Shown in pieces: positions 61,255 to 64,000 of a DNA stretch of 64,000 nt. The notes beneath the pieces were generated by a model. It searched no databases, was not told the origin of the DNA, and saw only the letters and a list, made by a program, of their open reading frames with translations. Each line of letters opens with the position of its first letter. Positions within the stretch are counted from its first letter, which is position 1. Made by a program: the position numbers and the translations under genes. Source of the stretch: Bdellovibrionales bacterium (lineage in GTDB: Bacteria; Pseudomonadota; Alphaproteobacteria; Micavibrionales; UBA2020); NCBI GenBank assembly GCA_038247245.1, contig JBBRVE010000004.1, forward strand, positions 22,485-86,484, read 5' to 3'.

Positions 61255-63177
61255 TTAGATGAGGACGTGGCGCCCGATTTCGATGACGCGGCCAACAGGC
61301 AGTTTATAGAAGTCGGTCGGTTCCGCCGCATGTTTGGACAGCCAGATATAGATGATGTCCTGCCAGATCGACATGCCGTATTTCGGATGCGATTTGATAG
61401 AGCGGCGCGACAGGAACAGCGAGGTGTCTTCCCAGTCGAAATCGATGCCGTTATCCTGTGCGCGGTTCATCTTGATCAGTTCTTCCTGCACGTCGGGGTG
61501 GTCCTTGAACCCGAAGCGCAGGACAACAACGCTGAATTCTTCGTTCAGGTGGGTGACCAGTGCGCGGTCTTCGGGCGTCACATGCGGGAAGGGCTCGATC
61601 TTGACCGACAGGATGATGTTGTTCTGGTGCAGCACCTTGTTGTGCCGCATGTTTTGCAGCAGCGCGGTCGGCGTATGGTTGGGATCGCCCGCAAAGAAAA
61701 ACGCCGAGCCGTTCACGCGCTGCAGGTCGGGGTAGCGGGTCTTGTATTCAGTAATGAACTTGTCGACCTTGACTTCCCGTTTGCGCGCGCGGGACGACAG
61801 GATGAACGTGCCCTGGATCCATGTGGTCATGATGACCATCAGGATGGTTGCGATCAGCAGCGGCACCCAGCCGCCCTGCAACAGCTTCAACAGGTTGGAG
61901 CCGAGGAACAACAGATCCAGCGCAAGAAAGACGCCGAAGACCGCAACCGCTTTCAGGAATTTCCATTCGCGGATCTGCCAGACGACAAAGAAACCCATGA
62001 TCGCATCAACACACAGCGCACCCGCGACGCTGATGCCGTACACGGCGGCTAGGCTGGAAGAGGAACGGAACAGCAGCACAAGGATGATGACACCGCACAT
62101 CAAAAGGTAGTTCACCTGCGGCAGGTAAATCTGGCCGGAATGCTTATCGGAGGTGTGCATGATCTTCATGCGCGGCAGCAGGCCCAGGTTGACCGCCTGA
62201 CGGGTCAGCGAATAGGCGCCGGTAATAACGGCCTGGCTGGCAATCACGGTCGCGCAGCCCGCCAGCAGGACAAGCGGCAGCTGCCATGTCTGACCGACCA
62301 TTTTAAAGAACGGGTTATCGAGCGTCTCAGGATCGTGCAGCACCATCGCGCCCTGGCCAAGGTAGTTCAGCGCAAGGCAGGGAAACACATACCACAGCCA
62401 GGCCAGCTGGATCGGCTTGCGCCCGAAATGGCCCAGATCGGCGTAAATCGCCTCCGCCCCCGTGACGCACAGGAAGATGGCGCCCAGGGTGATAAAGGCG
62501 ATCTTGCCATGCGTCGCCACGAAATAAATGGCATGCCACGGGTTGATCGCGGCGATCACGCGCGGGTCATCCATGATATGCCCGGCACCCATGACGCCCA
62601 GCACGCCGAACCACAGCAGCATGATCGGGCCGAACAGTTTCGATACCTGCGCCGTGCCTTTATATTGAAAGAAGAACAGGCCCACGATGATCAGCAGCGT
62701 GACCGGCACGACATAGGGCTCAAACCCGTCGACAACGACGTTCATACCCTCGACCGCGGACAGGACCGAGATCGCGGGCGTGATGATGCTGTCGCCATAG
62801 AACAGCGCAGCACCCGCCATGCCAAGGAACAGGAAGCCAATGGTATTACGATAGATCACGCTGCGCGCCAGCGCCATCAGCGCAAGCGTGCCGCCCTCGC
62901 CGCGGTTGTCGATGCGCAGCAGCACGGTCACATATTTCAGTGTCACGATCAGGAACATCGACCACAGGAACAGCGACAGGATGCCCAGCACCTCCGGCAG
63001 CGCGACGCCGGTATCCGGGTGCGCGCCCACGGCATGCATTGCTTCGCGAAACGCGTATAGCGCACTGGTGCCGATATCGCCATAAACGACGCCGATGGCG
63101 CCGACAGACATCGCCACCAGCCCCGTACCCGGGCCGCTGGCGTGATGATCGTCGTGGGATGCTGTGGCAGATTGCAT
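61255..63177 (-). CDS. kup: KUP/HAK/KT potassium uptake transporter
   Basis: 640 aa. MSVGAIGVVYGDIGTSALYAF signature, 12 TM helices plus a cytoplasmic C-terminal domain. Confidence 0.92.
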   Translation of the reverse strand: MQSATASHDDHHASGPGTGLVAMSVGAIGVVYGDIGTSALYAFREAMHAVGAHPDTGVALPEVLGILSLFLWSMFLIVTLKYVTVLLRIDNRGEGGTLALMALARSVIYRNTIGFLFLGMAGAALFYGDSIITPAISVLSAVEGMNVVVDGFEPYVVPVTLLIIVGLFFFQYKGTAQVSKLFGPIMLLWFGVLGVMGAGHIMDDPRVIAAINPWHAIYFVATHGKIAFITLGAIFLCVTGAEAIYADLGHFGRKPIQLAWLWYVFPCLALNYLGQGAMVLHDPETLDNPFFKMVGQTWQLPLVLLAGCATVIASQAVITGAYSLTRQAVNLGLLPRMKIMHTSDKHSGQIYLPQVNYLLMCGVIILVLLFRSSSSLAAVYGISVAGALCVDAIMGFFVVWQIREWKFLKAVAVFGVFLALDLLFLGSNLLKLLQGGWVPLLIATILMVIMTTWIQGTFILSSRARKREVKVDKFITEYKTRYPDLQRVNGSAFFFAGDPNHTPTALLQNMRHNKVLHQNNIILSVKIEPFPHVTPEDRALVTHLNEEFSVVVLRFGFKDHPDVQEELIKMNRAQDNGIDFDWEDTSLFLSRRSIKSHPKYGMSIWQDIIYIWLSKHAAEPTDFYKLPVGRVIEIGRHVLI

Positions 63178-63382
63178 TTTTATTATTCTTATTGAATGCC
63201 TGACCCCGTTTCGGGGTCGCTTCCCCCTGTTTTACCGCAGGGCAGCAAGCGTGCAAAAGGATTCTTTTCTAATTTTCATAAAAATTTGTTTTAGAGCGGC
63301 GGAACAAGGCGTTATCTTTTAAAAATACAAGCCCCTCGCACCCCGCTATATTCTGGCGAGATCATTCCAAGGAGCATTCGTC

Positions 63383-64000
63383 ATGATACAACCTCAAAAA
63401 ACTCCCGCCGCGCAATCCCTGCCCCGATCACCCATCGTCATGATACCCGCGCGCATGGCATCGACCCGCCTGCCGAACAAGCCGCTGGCGGATATCGAAG
63501 GGTTGCCGATGATCGTGCAGGTGTTGCGCCGCGCCGAGGAATCAAAACTCGGCCGCGTCGTGGTTGCCTGTGCGGAGGCCGAGATCAAGTCGGCTGTTGA
63601 AAGGGCCGGCGGTGAAGCGGTGCTGACCGATCCCGCTCTGCCCTCCGGTTCAGACCGTATCCTCGCGGCACTCAAAACAATCGACCCGCAAGGCCAGCAT
63701 GACGCGATCATCAACGTGCAGGGCGACCTGCCAACGCTGGATGCGGCACTGATCAAAACCGCGTTTGACCTGCTGCAAAACCCCGAAACCGATATCGGTA
63801 CGCTCGGCTGCATCATCACAAAAGAATCCGAAAAAACCAATCCGAACGTGGTGAAGGCGATTGCGGAGATAGATTTTGCCAAGGGCGAAAAACAGGGCCG
63901 CGCGCTGTATTTTTCGCGCATCACAGCACCCTCGGGCGACGGGCCGCTGCTGCACCATATCGGCCTTTACACCTATAAACGCGCGGCGCTTGAAGCCTTC
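63383..64000 (+). CDS. kdsB: 3-deoxy-manno-octulosonate cytidylyltransferase (CMP-KDO synthetase), 3' end off the window
   Basis: AAGGAG SD. Hand translation MIQPQKTPAAQSLPRSPIVMIPARMASTRLPNKPLADIEGLPMIVQV...NVQGDLP...LLHHIGLYTYKR. Not in the ORF track because there is no stop in the window. Confidence 0.88.
   Translation, partial: MIQPQKTPAAQSLPRSPIVMIPARMASTRLPNKPLADIEGLPMIVQVLRRAEESKLGRVVVACAEAEIKSAVERAGGEAVLTDPALPSGSDRILAALKTIDPQGQHDAIINVQGDLPTLDAALIKTAFDLLQNPETDIGTLGCIITKESEKTNPNVVKAIAEIDFAKGEKQGRALYFSRITAPSGDGPLLHHIGLYTYKRAALEAF

Noticed and set aside
61192-63060. 286-aa and 306-aa plus-strand ORFs
   Set aside because: They are antisense to kup, which has a clear KUP signature and 12 TMs. 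The products are Arg/Asp/His-rich with no hydrophobic helices.
63207-63225. GACCCCG-ttt-CGGGGTC hairpin in the kup/kdsB divergent region
   Set aside because: A short isolated hairpin in a promoter region with no T-run in the right orientation for either gene, so there is no functional inference.
1-64000. CRISPR arrays, rRNA genes, IS elements with terminal inverted repeats, toxin-antitoxin pairs
   Set aside because: I saw no regularly spaced short repeats, rRNA-like conserved blocks or transposase-like ORFs on either strand. The only tandem DNA repeats are the clpS-clpA 27-mer and the codon-level repeats inside the Pro-rich genes.

Overview
This is a high-GC chromosomal window that looks alphaproteobacterial. 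That call rests on gene content and order (lepB-rnc-era, acpS, spoT, rpoZ, clpS-clpA, hldE, nrdAB, pyk, kup, kdsB), a CpdR-like single-domain regulator and a TTAA-N7-TTAA box. I call about 65 protein genes and two tRNAs (Thr-UGU, Val-GAC). A ~3.2 kb decayed, AT-rich integrative islet sits in tRNA-Val, bounded by a perfect 49-bp direct repeat. No rRNA or CRISPR was seen. Housekeeping genes are interleaved with an unusual accessory layer. (i) A stand-alone DotM/IcmP - orf - DotL/IcmO - orf type-IVB coupling-protein operon lies beside tRNA-Thr, with no other secretion-machine genes in 64 kb. Its DotL-like tail carries four copies of a P-[LI]-[NS]-W-x-[DQ]-V-I-[GS] motif. (ii) Ankyrin or ankyrin-like genes occur in two clusters, and several end in a similar Lys/Pro C-terminal tail. 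(iii) One chain fuses a near-consensus tandem MshEN c-di-GMP-binding motif to a LapG-type (BTLCP) cysteine protease. (iv) A receiver-guanine deaminase fusion is translationally coupled to clpA. (v) A CpdR-like pseudo-receiver lacks the phospho-acceptor Asp. (vi) An ECF sigma/anti-sigma/Spy-like cluster is framed by GPPPDG-repeat secreted proteins next to sodC. (vii) Two paralogous polytopic membrane proteins are followed by a PLP-fold + HExxH gene pair. All family assignments rest on motifs read by eye from the ORF translations and on recalled family signatures. No database search or computation was possible, so the accessory-gene calls need HMM or structure confirmation, and several start codons are uncertain.
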